Assembly (NCBI GenBank): GCA_900088475.1
Contig: FLMG01003876.1
Span: 8,526 to 72,525 of the forward strand
Reading direction: 5' to 3'
Source of the DNA: Hyphochytrium catenoides
Lineage: Eukaryota > Protista > Hyphochytriomycota
Length of the DNA stretch: 64,000 bases
Below the pieces are notes generated by a model, which ran no database searches, was not told the origin of the DNA, and saw only the letters and a program-made list of their open reading frames with translations. This document shows, piece after piece, positions 36,001 to 48,191 of the stretch; the first letter of the stretch is position 1; each line of letters begins with the position of its first letter. Position numbers and translations under genes: made by a program.

Positions 36001-37748
36001 AGAAGGGCTGAAAGACAAGGTAGCACGGGAACAAACACCTTTGTCCCAGAGGCACCGACGAACAACACTGATTAGAAGGTCGGTCAGCTGTTCTCATTGC
36101 TTCCAAACCTTAGGCCACTCTCTCCTTTAGTCACACTCCACTCAGAATCCTGAGTCTAATTATGGCGCTGTTTGCCTGGTGTTGCAGCAAGAAGTCAGTA
36201 GCTGTGCAGGATTTGACGGTGGTTGGCTGGAGGCGGTTGACGGTCCAGCAGGAGCTAGAAGTCTTTGGCTCTGTATGGGAAGCAGCCCGGAAAGGCTCAT
36301 CCGTGGGGGCCTTCAGAGTGCTTCTCTCGGTATACTGCTTGCTGCTACCAACTCCAATAGTCCCCTCGCTTCTGTTCTACCATCTGTATGTCTTCTTGAG
36401 ACCTTTCGTTTGATCTCTGCAGCTGAATGACTGTTTTGACCTTCCACTGCTATCGATCATTGCATAGCGGCTTTGGTTAGTTCCCTTCGTCTTGCTGTTG
36501 ACTGGGCTTTTGAATATTAGCCACTTGTTCTCCCACTTTTCGTTCCCCGGAAGATTGAGATTTGTGGTGCTGGTGCTTGTAGCAAGAGATCCGGGGATGT
36601 ACCATCCAGGAAGGTAGAGAATTTCACATCGATGAACGAGATCGAGTCACCGGCGAGAGACTGCTGCAGCTTGCAAGCTGGTGTGGGCATACGGTGCGAT
36701 TGAAGAGTCTTTGCACGCTTGCACGGCCTCTGAGCTGCCCTACTTGAGTCTACCGAGTTTCCTCTTACAACTCCTATCTTCACCATGTGATCATTATTTA
36801 GTACTTTCCGCTCATTCTTTGAGCATCTCTTTAACTAATCCCCATGTTTCCGCCTCTAACGTCTTTCGATTTCCCATAAGCTCGATGTCCTGACAAGCAC
36901 ATACTTCCTTATTCTGACCCCTGCATCTGATTATCTTTGGGACCATTGGTGGTCAATTGGTTCTACAGGAGCTTGTTCGTTTCCTGGTGGAGGAAGCAGG
37001 TGCCAGCGTAAATTTAGTAGACGGCACCGTGAACCGACTCACGCCATTGCATGACGCCGCCCGAGGAGGCTGGGCAGATATCGTGGAGATTCTGCTGCAG
37101 GCGGGGGCACAAGTCGATGCTTTAGATTCTGGCGGGGATACAGCGCTGCACTGGTGAGAGAGTCGGTCTCAAGCTCCATATTTTATCCCACCCAGTCGCT
37201 GTCCTGAATATCTGCTCTGAGGACTCTCCCTTCATTAATAGCGTGCGTCCGTTCTCCGTATCCTATCGCCCACTTTTTGGCATCTACTCCTGAATAACGA
37301 TGACATGTGACATCCTAGGGCTGCGCGAAGAGGTAATCTAGCGGTGGTCAAGCGAATGTTGCAGTGCTCGGCCACTTTATTCACAGACCATGAAGGTATC
37401 AACAAAGCAGCATCACTTCAAGACGTGAACCTAGTTCTCCCTCTAACCTACTCTATTAGAGCTAAGGGCGTATTGCGCTGAATGTCGCTTTTCTTCTCAC
37501 TCGGCCTTACTCTGACCATGTCCTTCTCTTTCGCTCATCCTTATCCACATGTTCCAGGCCGTAAGGCGGTATGGCGCATGCTTGGCACTCGTAATGGGAA
37601 AGGGAAGCTGCCTTTCGAGTTAAGCACGAAAGAGAGCATCCGGGAGACGATTTTGGAGTACGTAGTAACGCTTTCCAAGAAGGAACAGGACGAGGCCCAG
37701 CTTCACAGTCCTGCCACCGTAAAGAAGAATCTTTATGCCATTAGGTAA
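33023..37748 (+). CDS. Protein with helical N-terminus, long acidic/Ser-rich disordered region, E/K/R coiled coil and C-terminal ankyrin repeats
   Basis: ORF 33023-33520 joins the 33779-36130 ORF through a GT-AG intron at about 33503-33569. Later exons give SVWEAARKG, RLTPLHDAARGGWADIVEILLQAGAQVDALDSGGDTALHW|AARRGNL and GKLPFELS. The 3' end is uncertain because AG-GTAAGC at about 37745 could be a donor. Confidence 0.7.
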
Positions 37749-38560
37749 GCATGTGGTTTACCTCTGTCAGAACAACTCGGCCGTCCGGTTAACCCTTGCA
37801 AAATAGCTTCAAGGACTACGGAAAGATCAACCGACTGGTGTCCCATACTATGCCCACATATCCTACCTCCCCATCTTACTTGGAAGCGGCAGAGGAAATT
37901 CTGCACTTTGATTCGCCGTATAGCACTGCGTACAGCATGATATCTCACACGTTCAAACGCTCTCGCACGAAGGACAAGAGAAGTGATTTATTGAAAGGTG
38001 GGAGAAGACGGTCCGGGATAACGCGGAAGCTGAGTAGGCTACCGCAGAGCTTTCGCAGTGTAAACATGAACCAATTGGCGGAATTAGAGCAGCGCCAGGC
38101 GATCCAGTAAAACCCAGGGATCAGCCAGTTGAGTTTCCATCAGCTAGTCGACCAAGCTTCTCCAAAGCTACCGGGTCACATGTGATGTACCTATTCTAGG
38201 TGTTGAGGAGACCTCAAGGGTAGGCTATGAAAGATAAGGTGTTGAAGGGCAGCGTAATAGTCCTATTGATTCGTTCTGAGACATTTGCAAGACGGAACAG
38301 TGTGGGATAATGGGCAGCATAACTCCAGCAAGAGCAAAGTTCGGCCGGTCAATGGAATGACAAAAGGAACACCAAAAAAGAAACTAAGGGATCCATCACA
38401 ATCTTTTCCCATTATAAAACTTGAAGGGACAGCCTTATTCTTAAGAAATATCTTTGAACTCTATAGCTCAGACTCTTCACTAGGAGTCTGCCGTCGGGTT
38501 AACAAAGTGAATGAGGGCTGAAGTGTATGTGTTATCTGCGTTGTTTTCATTAGCCTATGG

Positions 38561-41254
38561 TCACTCCATGTGTTCAAGGCTTAGCATTGACACGGCATGG
38601 ACCAAACGCTTGTAGTCTGACAGCGAGTTATATACCTGGGCCGACAGACGGAACCACATCCGACCTGCAAAAGAGTAGGGAATAGCCTGCCAAGTTGGAG
38701 AGTGAATGGTTATTAGCCATTATGAGTTGAGACCAGCGCAAAGGAGAACGAGCATTCTCTGTGCTCTCATAGGGGACACGCAGGAGAGAAAACCGAGGAA
38801 CGAGAACGCCATGAACGCTGTCAACAGAAACCCCAGTACTAGCACAACATCGCTCAACTCTCTGGCTATTGGATGATGTCCTATCGATCTATCCACCCGC
38901 AAAGAGATAAAGACAATTAGATCGGACCGGGTTGCCGCAGCGAAAGTCAGATGGAGATCTACATATGGGTTACCGTGATATCATAGTCCTCGAATAGTCT
39001 CTTGAAGAGATAAGTCTCGGCAGTCTCAGTCCCAAGTCCTCCTGCTTTCTCGAGATCCTTTAGCCTCCTTGCTAAACCCTCGTCCACCTCTATAGAAGCC
39101 AAGCAGGGAGGGCAATGGAGCCTATCAGGGGCCTCCCTTTCCACCTCGGGTTCCCATAGTGGGACCATCAGCTTGGCTTGCCACTTTTGCTCGAACATCT
39201 TGCAGGCCTCTTTCAAACTCTGTGCGTTATACTGCCTTACAGCCCCGAAGCCGCCTGGAGATTGAGATGTATGGAAAGGTGAGTAGCTGTATAGCCTCTG
39301 CAGCAGACTTTTTGGAATCTCAAGACAGCGTAGACAATCAGCATGAAATGGGAAGTGCACTCGAACTGAATAAGGCCCAGGACGGTGCAGAGCCGTGGAA
39401 AGGTGCCCCTGCAGGCCGTGAGATGTGCGCCCCAAGAGACGAGTCCATAATAAGCAGCTCATTAATGTGTAGCTTGCAGTGATTGCTTAGTACCGAGCGC
39501 CTTCTCAACGAACTCTAAGGACTCCACAGCTCCAATGTAGGAGCTGTCGTCCCTGGTACCCTGCATGAAAAACTGGTCCTGAAAACATGCCCTTTTATTA
39601 GCTTGAGCAACTCATTGACAATGACACTTTCCTTTCCTAGGCCGGAGATTGACAGTACCCAGACGCCTTTGCACTTGGGAAAGGAAGCGGCTCTTACCTG
39701 GAAGGACTTGTCATGATTGTGTGACACCACAAGGGGTTGAACCAACGACTGACGCTCAGGCTTGACGTAGAGTATTGCTGCTCCTTTAGGCGCAAAGGCC
39801 CATTTGTGCAGATTTCCAGTGTAATAGTCTACCCTGCTCGCGAGACGGTGAGGCATATACATCGAGACAAAGAAGCGGTAGCGTGGTTTAGAGGGGCATG
39901 GGAGGTCCAGTTCTAGGAATAGATGGGCATCAATTGGCTGACCCTAGATCTTGCAGGTCCAGCTCCAGCTGTCCTGGAGCATGAGCGCCATCCACAAAGA
40001 CCTAGGATCACGATGGCAGAGGTAATGTGCGGGGGTTTGAGGGCATCCTGAAGGACAGACTTATACTCTAAACGAGAAGCTTTATTTTACCTGCACTCCC
40101 CTCTGGTGGGCTTCTCTGGTTATGGCCTTCACGGGCAAGACGAAGGATGGAATGGAAGATATGTGATCGATGACAAGTAAAACATCGCCTTCTCCTGGTT
40201 GGGCGTTCGCTTCCTCCATGGCCTTATTTAACTCTCGCAGAAGATCTGCGACTGGCAACTCCAGTCTGCAGGGAGAAGAAGGATCTGACAAATAGGGCAA
40301 GAGAACAAATTTTAGGGTAGACACGAAGACCTGTTACTTTGCCATGGGCCAGGTGGGCGGCAACAGTTGCTATCATGAGGCTAACCCTGGCGTTGAGGCT
40401 TCTCAAAGCGATGAATAAGGCTTGAGTCGATGGCAAACCAGCATTTACAAAGCAAAGACAAAACAGATGGCAGCGACAAAATATCGATAAAGAAGTCTAC
40501 ATGTAGGGAGCCCACCTTCAGCTTCGCGGACCGGAATGACGACTGGAATGTGACGGATCTTTCGTCGATTGCACTCGGCAAGGACAGACTGTGAGGTGGA
40601 CACCTTAGAGTNNNNNNNNNNNNNNNNNNNNNNNNNNNNNNNNNNNNNNNNNNNNNNGTTATGCTGGTGGATATGATCGCCTTCCAGCGGGCACATCTGG
40701 ACTGGAGAACGCTGTTAGCCCCTGTTGTGGCATTCTGGACGAAGACGAGACTTCCAGGTTGTGCATGAAGCCACTTGCCAACAGTCTCCGCTGCCTCCTT
40801 CCACAGTCGCTCGTTGTGATGCCGGAACCAGTCGTCGGGGTGGCTTTCGATCAACCTTCTAACTTCCTCTTGGCGGGCAAAGACCTAAGGCCAGGATAGG
40901 ACGGAGCAGTCTGGAGGGTAAGTTTATTTTGAAAAACACCAGCTGTGAGGAAAACTGATGCTTTGGTTGCTGCTTTACCTGTTTGGGGAGCGTGCCAAAG
41001 CTGCCATGATTAAGGAAGCAATGACCATCGGTACGCAGGAAGAAGAGTTCCCGGCAAGCCTGGCTGCCCAATGTTACAGCTTTGTACTCTTGAATCGAAG
41101 CATTGGAAGACTGGGCTCCGCCTGCAGAATGAAGTTGCTCTCCTTTTCCTTCTCTCCTCTTCGCGTCAAGGAGGAAGTACAAAGACCAAAATGCTAAGGA
41201 AACAGCGAGACCAGTTGCCAAACCGGCGATAGAAGCCGACGTGCCCTCCATCAT
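38561..41254 (-). CDS. PLP-dependent class V aminotransferase family (L-cysteine desulfhydrase / Egt2 / isopenicillin N epimerase-like)
   Basis: Motifs [60 protein letters not shown] (PLP lysine), QGTRDDS and RLSAQVYN are present. TGA is at 38561-38563. An assembly gap lies inside the gene. Confidence 0.88.
40612..40657. other. Assembly gap (46 N)
   Basis: Run of N within the aminotransferase gene. Confidence 1.
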
Positions 41255-41822
41255 ATGCTATTCACGGAAGAGGTAGCCCTGGCGTCCACCGTCAAGTGCT
41301 CGAAGCTCTGGCGGCGGAGGAGGTCCCTCACTGAGCTATGTTTATACGGCCTGCCCTGGTAGCGGTAAGAGCTGCTGAGCCCTGCTGAGACACTTGAAGA
41401 CTGGCGGCAGGGCACGAAGGAAGAAGCTTCAAGGTGATTGCGGGAGGATGGCCTCAGATGATCATCAGAAGAGAACAGCCTTGCCATCAGAATCCTCCTA
41501 TGGCCTAGCTTTCTCAATGACGACAAACTATGGATGACAAGCAAATATTACGACGAGTTAATTCCAGCGGTTATAGTTTTAGGTACATTTCTATGAGGAC
41601 GGTGTGGCAGATGACATGCAATTGACCCTTATAATCTGTCCGAGTTCCTTATTATGAGAATCTATGGATTATAGGAATGAATGATTGTCATCTGCTGAAG
41701 AAGAAGATTCAATGAAAGAAGAGAAACTTCAACTTGCAGCTTCTCAACTTCATCTCTCTCTGATCTGGGGGTTACTTCCAAGCTCTATGATAGCAGCTCT
41801 TGCTCAGCCTTCAAGTCAATCG

Positions 41823-42243
41823 TCATGGGCCTGCTGATGATAAGAGGAAGCCTCCTTCTCATCGCGGAGCCTGCTCCTTCTTGTATACTCTACTTCATCC
41901 GTAGGTAAGGAACTTACAATCTGACATTGACGGGCACTCGGAATCTCAGATTAGTATCCCAGAAGACATCTTTATGGGCCCTGCTGATAAGAAGATAAAG
42001 CCTTCCGATCCTTGCAGAGCCTGCTCCTCCTTGTATACTCAACTTCATCCGTAGGAAAGGAACTTACAATCTGACATTGACGGGCACTCAGAATCTCAGA
42101 TTAGTATCCCAGAAGACATCTTCATGAGCCCTGCTGACAATAAGAGGAAGCCTCCTTCTCGTTGCGGAGCTGCTCCTACTTATATACTCTACCTTATCGG
42201 TAGCAAATAAAGTGGCAATCTGACATTGACAGACACTCAGAAT
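41823..42243. repeat. Tandem repeat, 150-bp period, about 2.8 diverged copies
   Basis: CTGCTGA recurs at 41831, 41981 and 42131. The block AACTTACAATCTGACATTGACGGGCACTC-GAATCTCAGATTAGTATCCCAGAAGACATCTT is near-identical at 41911 and 42061. The third copy is more diverged and truncated. Confidence 0.95.
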
Positions 42244-42276
42244 AGTATTTTAAAGGCTTTTCTTATAAGATAATGA

Positions 42277-43305
42277 TCAATAACTTGGATAGGCTGTCAA
42301 ATTTTGATCCAACTTCACTGGTGAGATGACTTGAGGGCTCCAGTCCACGGGAATGGCGACAGGAACTTCGTATGGCTCTGGCTGAGCAGGCGGCGACTGA
42401 AGGATCTGAATAGGGAGCTCAAGAGTTGGCTTGAAGGTGCCCAGACGAAGCTTAACTTCCACGTGATAGCTGCACCTAAAGTTATGGATTTCTGGACCCG
42501 TACTAGGAACAAACCCATTTTGTCCATCTGGAGGAGCAACCGGAAGCTGCAAGTCGCAGCTCTTCGATTCTCCAGGCTGGATTAGTTCGTCAGTCTCGAC
42601 GTACGAACAGACAAATGTGGAGGTCTCAGAATGGCCGTGGGCTCGGAACTCCATCCGGCACACGAGGCTGATCTTGATGCCCTTTGCCTTCAAGCTAGAG
42701 TTATTGCGAGCTTCGACATGCACCTGTAGCTGCTCGTTGTGAGTATAGGTGTCCGTGAGAAGACTGGCTAGAAGAAACCCTGAACCCCTGGTAAGGCAGC
42801 AGTATTCCTTAATAATTTCTGTACACTCCGATGCAATAGGCCTCGGCGGTGCTCCTGTCCTTTGGCTAATGACGCCAAATGACATCTTTGACTTGATATC
42901 CGATCGAAACATCCCTTTGACGTCACAGATCGCCTTCATTTTGTAGGTAACTGAAGCCTTCTTGTTGGGTCTGGAGATACAAAGGGAACTGGGGAGGTCT
43001 GGCGGCAGACAGAACTCAAAGTTCACCTGATAACTCCCAGGCATAAGCGTTCCTCTAGGCGTAAAGAGTGGAATCTGAACCTTCAAAATGGTGCGCTTAG
43101 CTGTATAAGTCTTTCTCTCAGTCTTCCCGTCATGGGTCACTTGGCGACTTATCTCTACAGCTTCAACACCTTTGACTCGGAGGTAAACCACATGTGCTTC
43201 TAAGGGTTTGCCAATCACAAGGGCTACAGTCCCTCTCACAATCTCCCCCGCTACATAGACAGTCTTCTCAGGAGCAATGAGCAGAGAAGAGTCCGAATTT
43301 CCCAT
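42277..43305 (-). CDS. Arrestin-fold (Arrestin_N + Arrestin_C) protein, intronless, predicted N-myristoylated
   Basis: Motifs VYVAGEIVRGTV, LRVKGVE, LMPGSYQVNFEFCLPPDLPSS, SVTYKMKA, HVEARNNSS and VPST...CSYHVEV are present. The ATG at 43303-43305 gives MGNSDS, matching MGxxxS. Confidence 0.88.
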   Translation of the reverse strand: MGNSDSSLLIAPEKTVYVAGEIVRGTVALVIGKPLEAHVVYLRVKGVEAVEISRQVTHDGKTERKTYTAKRTILKVQIPLFTPRGTLMPGSYQVNFEFCLPPDLPSSLCISRPNKKASVTYKMKAICDVKGMFRSDIKSKMSFGVISQRTGAPPRPIASECTEIIKEYCCLTRGSGFLLASLLTDTYTHNEQLQVHVEARNNSSLKAKGIKISLVCRMEFRAHGHSETSTFVCSYVETDELIQPGESKSCDLQLPVAPPDGQNGFVPSTGPEIHNFRCSYHVEVKLRLGTFKPTLELPIQILQSPPAQPEPYEVPVAIPVDWSPQVISPVKLDQNLTAYPSY

Positions 43306-44244
43306 CTTGGCCACAGAGATTCGTTCCCTGCGACGAAGAGTTTACCGACTACACTCCAAGTGTGGGTCAAGCGGGAAGTATGGCGATTCACTCAAAGGGG
43401 GTTGTTGCCGGTTTGGAACTCAACAGGGTAAAGCGCCATCAGCGGGCCATGACTAGCTCCTTTCGAGCTCCTTTCGATAGTAGCACTTGAAGACTGGACA
43501 TGCCAACACCTTGCACACGGAAGCTGCTGAGTCTGCTCGTGCCGGATGCTAGATACACTTACCGTGGGATAAGATGCAGCAAGTTAGCTCCCTAAACGCA
43601 CACCCGTAACCACCACCAACACGCTAGATTCTGGCGCCTGTCTCTCGCACTGACCGAGTTGACTGTTCTTGGTTCCCTTCTTCTTGGCTAAGACTCTTGG
43701 CTCTTCTGCATGTGCGATCTTTCCTGCTGCTTCCGTCCCTCACATCCTACATCTTCGTCCCATCCTTCAACATGGTCCATCCTCCTCCTCCAGCGTCAAC
43801 GCAAGTGTTGCCGATCTTCTAACTCTGCTTGTCCGTTTCTCCCTAGAACCTGGAAGATGACAATGACAATCCATCAGAAGTTCAATTTTTCCCAAGAAAT
43901 GTACGATACCCGAAGACAGGGGTTCCATGATAACTGAATACTGATAATCGGCTAGGTTGGAGAAACGAACGCAGTGAGCTGAATGATGATGTCTCAGAAA
44001 GATATGTCCGGAAGGGCAAGAGGTCCAAGACTAGTCAGGTGCACATAAGTCTAAGGATCTATGAGAGGATAGACCATCTGCTGCTGGTCCCATCGCTCAC
44101 TTGGTCGCTCACTTGTTCGGAGGAGGCTTTACCAGCGTCTCTGCAGTGCCAGCGACTGCTTAAGGACTCTCGGTGGCCAGCGGGAGTGGACAACATTTTC
44201 CTGGTGACGGAGATGAAGGTGGGCTTTAAGCTTTAAACCGTGAA

Positions 44245-47200
44245 ATGGCAGTCCTCAAAGGTCCAACCTTTCGGAGGGTGATGCTGCAACGTTTAGCTCT
44301 CTTCAGTTATTCGTGGCCCCATCGGATCCGCAATACCCGTTTACATGGGTCCCTCCGTTCTTCTCGTGGTCTGTTATGCCCCTGCTTGGCACCGACTAGT
44401 TATAGTGGATTGACTGGTAGCTACAATGATCGGACCGCCAAGGCTCTCTCCTACTACGTGGTTGCACGTCATTTTAGCTCAAAGGAGAGCGCACAAAAGA
44501 CAGACGAGTTCAGCGTACCTCAACGAGTAGTAGAAAAGCTTCCTGATACGGTCTGGCGACCCGATGAAGAATTTGACCGCATGATGAGCTGGGAGATGAA
44601 GATGCGACGCCGAGTGGAGATGGGAGCTTCCATCCTTAAGCTCTCCATCTTTTCCTTCTTTCGTCCCCTCTCCGTCTTCACCATAGGTACGATACGCTAA
44701 AGAGTAACTCTTCTACGCAATAGCATCTTTCTCACCCTGAGAAGGAGTTTGTGTCTCCTCCGTGCTTGTTATTGGGTTGTATGAGGGTTACCTCCTCTGT
44801 GACATTAGCCGGCCGGAGTCGCTAGGTTTCGTTCTCTCCTACGCGTACAATCAGGTGATCCCTAGTACAGTATGGGACACAATCCCAGCAGAAGTCATTG
44901 CTCTGTCAAAAGGCTTGGATCCTGAAGTGGTAGGAAGCTCCTCCATCGCACCTCGAAGTGCTCAAGAACCATTCCAAGCTCCTCAATGTGCTTATCATTT
45001 GTCATACGATCTGAAGTCGGGCCTTCTTTTAGGTACTTCAAGGCATGGCGAGTCCGGTGGAGGAGGCTAGGAGACAGATTAGCCTCCAGCGCTGTCATCA
45101 CTTTCGTGCTATGATGGCGGGGTTGATGATGATCACACAGGTACAGAAGTGCTTGTTTGATTTTAGAATCCGAAAGCAGTGCATTTNNNNTCCAGCCTGA
45201 AGGCTGTGGAAAAATACTCCCATCTGGTGAGCCAAGGCAGAGTCCCACCTCTTCCAGGCATCAATGAGCGAGTGATAAGGTGCCCCAACGTCCTCTATTT
45301 GGCGGGACTGGGTTACATTGACATCGCGTCGCATTCGCACTCTCACAGACTGTGCGGGACTACAAGTACCACCACGGAGCTATCGATGGAAAGATATGGC
45401 GAGCACATTCTCCCGGTTTTTGAAAGCCCCGAACAGTTCAGTCGGCCAATTGCTCTATCACTTTTAGCTGCTGGCCATTCATCTTCTTTCCCTTGATCTA
45501 GGATCCGGCATGTGCTGGAGAGATGGACGAAGTCCTTCTCGATCCCTACAATATGGGTGGTAAGACAGTGTATCAACCTCCACGCGTCCTTTGGGGGCAT
45601 TACCCATTGTTCTAAGCCCTAGATGGTATCTATTTAAAGCTCAACCTTTCGCGTAGGTGCACCCTGACCAGTATGGGATCAAACACTCGTGGAGTCGACT
45701 GTCAATCTCAAAGGATTATATGCTGAAAGCCACCACGGGCAGGTAGTGCACCCGCTCGTCTTTCATCGTTCAAGCTCAGAAGACCCGAAGCTCACCGACC
45801 TACCCCTAATGTTCCGGTTGAATGGTTCTTTAGGCTCACGTTTTTCCTGGAGGCGGATGGAACAAGCTCAGAACTCTCAATGTCACATAGAGCAGATCGA
45901 GAGGAGTATCTTTCAATTGAGGTAGGAGTCGTGGCCCTTCTACCCTTCCCGGCCAATCGCCTTAACTCTATTGAGCCTGCAAGACCGTGTCAAAAGTACT
46001 TCCTCTCGTGGCCCACGTACACTAACTTTGTTTCCATTTAGACTGTGCATTCTTTCTCAGAACCTTTGGTAACGGTACTCACCCTCAACTTCTGCTTCAT
46101 CTGTTGTTAGAAAGCGTCCCAGGGCTTCCGAATGCTTGAAATTCAAGCTTCCCAAACCATTCCCAAGCCCTTTAGAACCCTTAGAGTGTACCTTGGAGAC
46201 TCCTTAGAGGTAAGAGAACTTATGATCTGGTGGCGCCTAGAGGTTAGCTAACAAAGGCGTAGAGGATCCACAATGGAGGGGCTGGAGAGGTGACTCTTCG
46301 CCAGAGAGTGGATCTGCGAAAGGTATGTCTTGAGCATGAACATCTTGGGCCATGGGCCATCCTTTGTTGGTTCTAGCTGCCCCAAAATATGTATCGGAGC
46401 CCTACTGCGTATCCAGGGTGTTACTCCATGAGATTAAACAGAACTGTTCCCTACCAGATGCCCGGCTATATAAAACATTTTAACTTGTTCTCACCTTCTA
46501 CAGGAAGCTGACATATTTGTGGACTCTCGGGCGCCTATTGCTCTTGCTGTACTTCGATGGTGTGATCGAGTTGTTGGTGTGTGCCCTCTCGGATGGCTAC
46601 AATTTGAAATCTCTCTCCACTACTTAATACTGCTGAAGCTCTTAGTTCTCATACTTAGCTCCTTGCTGTCTTTAGTCCTCGTGGCACGGCCAGGTGCATC
46701 CTTCGAGGTCCTCTTATCCCTGTTCTTTTCCTGCACTATATAACGAGTTGGGTGGAGAGTACCTAGTCTAATACGTTGGGCTAGGAAAGCCTGGGAAAGA
46801 GAAGTCTGAGTCTGGCGGCGTTACTGGGGTACTCATCCTAGATGCAGATAAGCATACTTATCCTCTGGCCTTCAATCTCCTGACGTCGTACGGTGAGACC
46901 TCTACCTGCCCTCACCTACCGCCGTCCTCACGTTCCTAATATATGCCCACCTCACCATTTCAACGCCTTACAACGTTAGGATACACGGTTCTAGACCAGG
47001 GTTCAATCAGCGAGTCGATGCTTCAGTCGTTGGCAGAAGGAAAGGATAACTCTTTCTCCTTTGAAGAGTATCTAAGGGCTTTTTACGATCCACCAGAAAA
47101 GGAAGAGAAGAAAAGCATATCGATGAAAGATATACCCCGCCTTATTTATCATAGGTGAACTGTCTCCTATACGTATCCCAGCTTCACACATCGTATTTCG

Positions 47201-47995
47201 TCCGTTTGCTTTCCTTTGCCGCACTTGGAAACTATTCTAATACTTCTGGCCCAGCAATACAGCGGCCACAGTCAACGCTGTTCACGCCCTTGTCAAGGCG
47301 AAAGCTGCTGATCCTGCAAGGTGCTGCGTGGTAATCGAGAGGTGAGGTTTTCCCTTTACTGGTTCTGGATTCCGCAAAGTGTTTGAGTTCCGCTCGCCTT
47401 CTGCAATGTAGTTGACTTCGCCTCGACTCAACTTGTGTCCTCCCCTTGTTCCTTCAACTCAGTCACAAGGGCCTAGAGTACTTGGATGATCTAAAGGATG
47501 AAGGAGGGAACAGATTTGAGGCCATTTGCACGGCTGTCATCTATGACGATCTGTTCAGAAAGGTGAGCGGACGGCCTGATGTGGTGCCTGGACAGCCTGG
47601 CGTTTGACTTCCACTGTAAAGTGACTGGAGCTCTGCTTTTCTACCATCGTCATTTCAGAGCTTATTCTTTCTCTTGCTGCTCTGTCTTGGGTGTTGACTC
47701 TTCTTGGTGTGCTCTTCGTGCACTTTTACGCCACCGTTGACAGGTGAGGGTCTGGACGCGCATGGGATACAGTTCGTCAGCTATCCAAGACGAGCTGGAT
47801 ACACGCTTTAAACCAGTCATTGGAAAGAGACTAGCGGCCATCATGAAGGTGGAGCAGGACAAAGAGGAAGGGACTGTTAGGTCCGTGTCTACGCTTCCTC
47901 CCACTCCAGAGCACGACAAGGAGGGTATCCTTTACCGCTTATTTATCGGAGCGAAGACATCGTTTCAAGCTCTCATGCAGATAGGAAAGAAGTAG
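44245..47995 (+). CDS. Uncharacterised multi-exon protein, possible mitochondrial presequence and membrane segments
   Basis: An Arg/Ser/Leu-rich N-terminus is followed by a chain of + strand coding-like segments bounded by GT/AG (for example LCGTTSTTTELSMERYGEHILPVFE, GVLILDADKH and VRVWTRMGYSSSAIQDELDTRF). No family was recognised and the exon structure is only partly resolved. Confidence 0.55.
45187..45190. other. Assembly gap (4 N)
   Basis: NNNN in the sequence. Confidence 1.
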
Positions 47996-48191
47996 AATAA
48001 GTCCAAGCCTTTGTAGACCATTCTCCTCTCAGTAGGCTCTACGCTGCGTATATTCACATGAAAGCGGCAAGGTCTGTCCGGTGCTAGACAAGGCCTGGCC
48101 CCAAACGGAACTGGCGAAGCGAAGACAGTTTGACGATGCGGTGTCGTAGTGGGTGTAAAGCCGTTTCGAGTTCTCGGCAGCTGTGTCATCG

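Noticed and set aside
41823-42243. CRISPR array or C/D snoRNA cluster reading of the 150-bp repeat
   Set aside because: There are no unique spacers or cas genes and the context is eukaryotic. The C-box-like TGATGA of copy 1 is TGATAA and TGACAA in the other copies.
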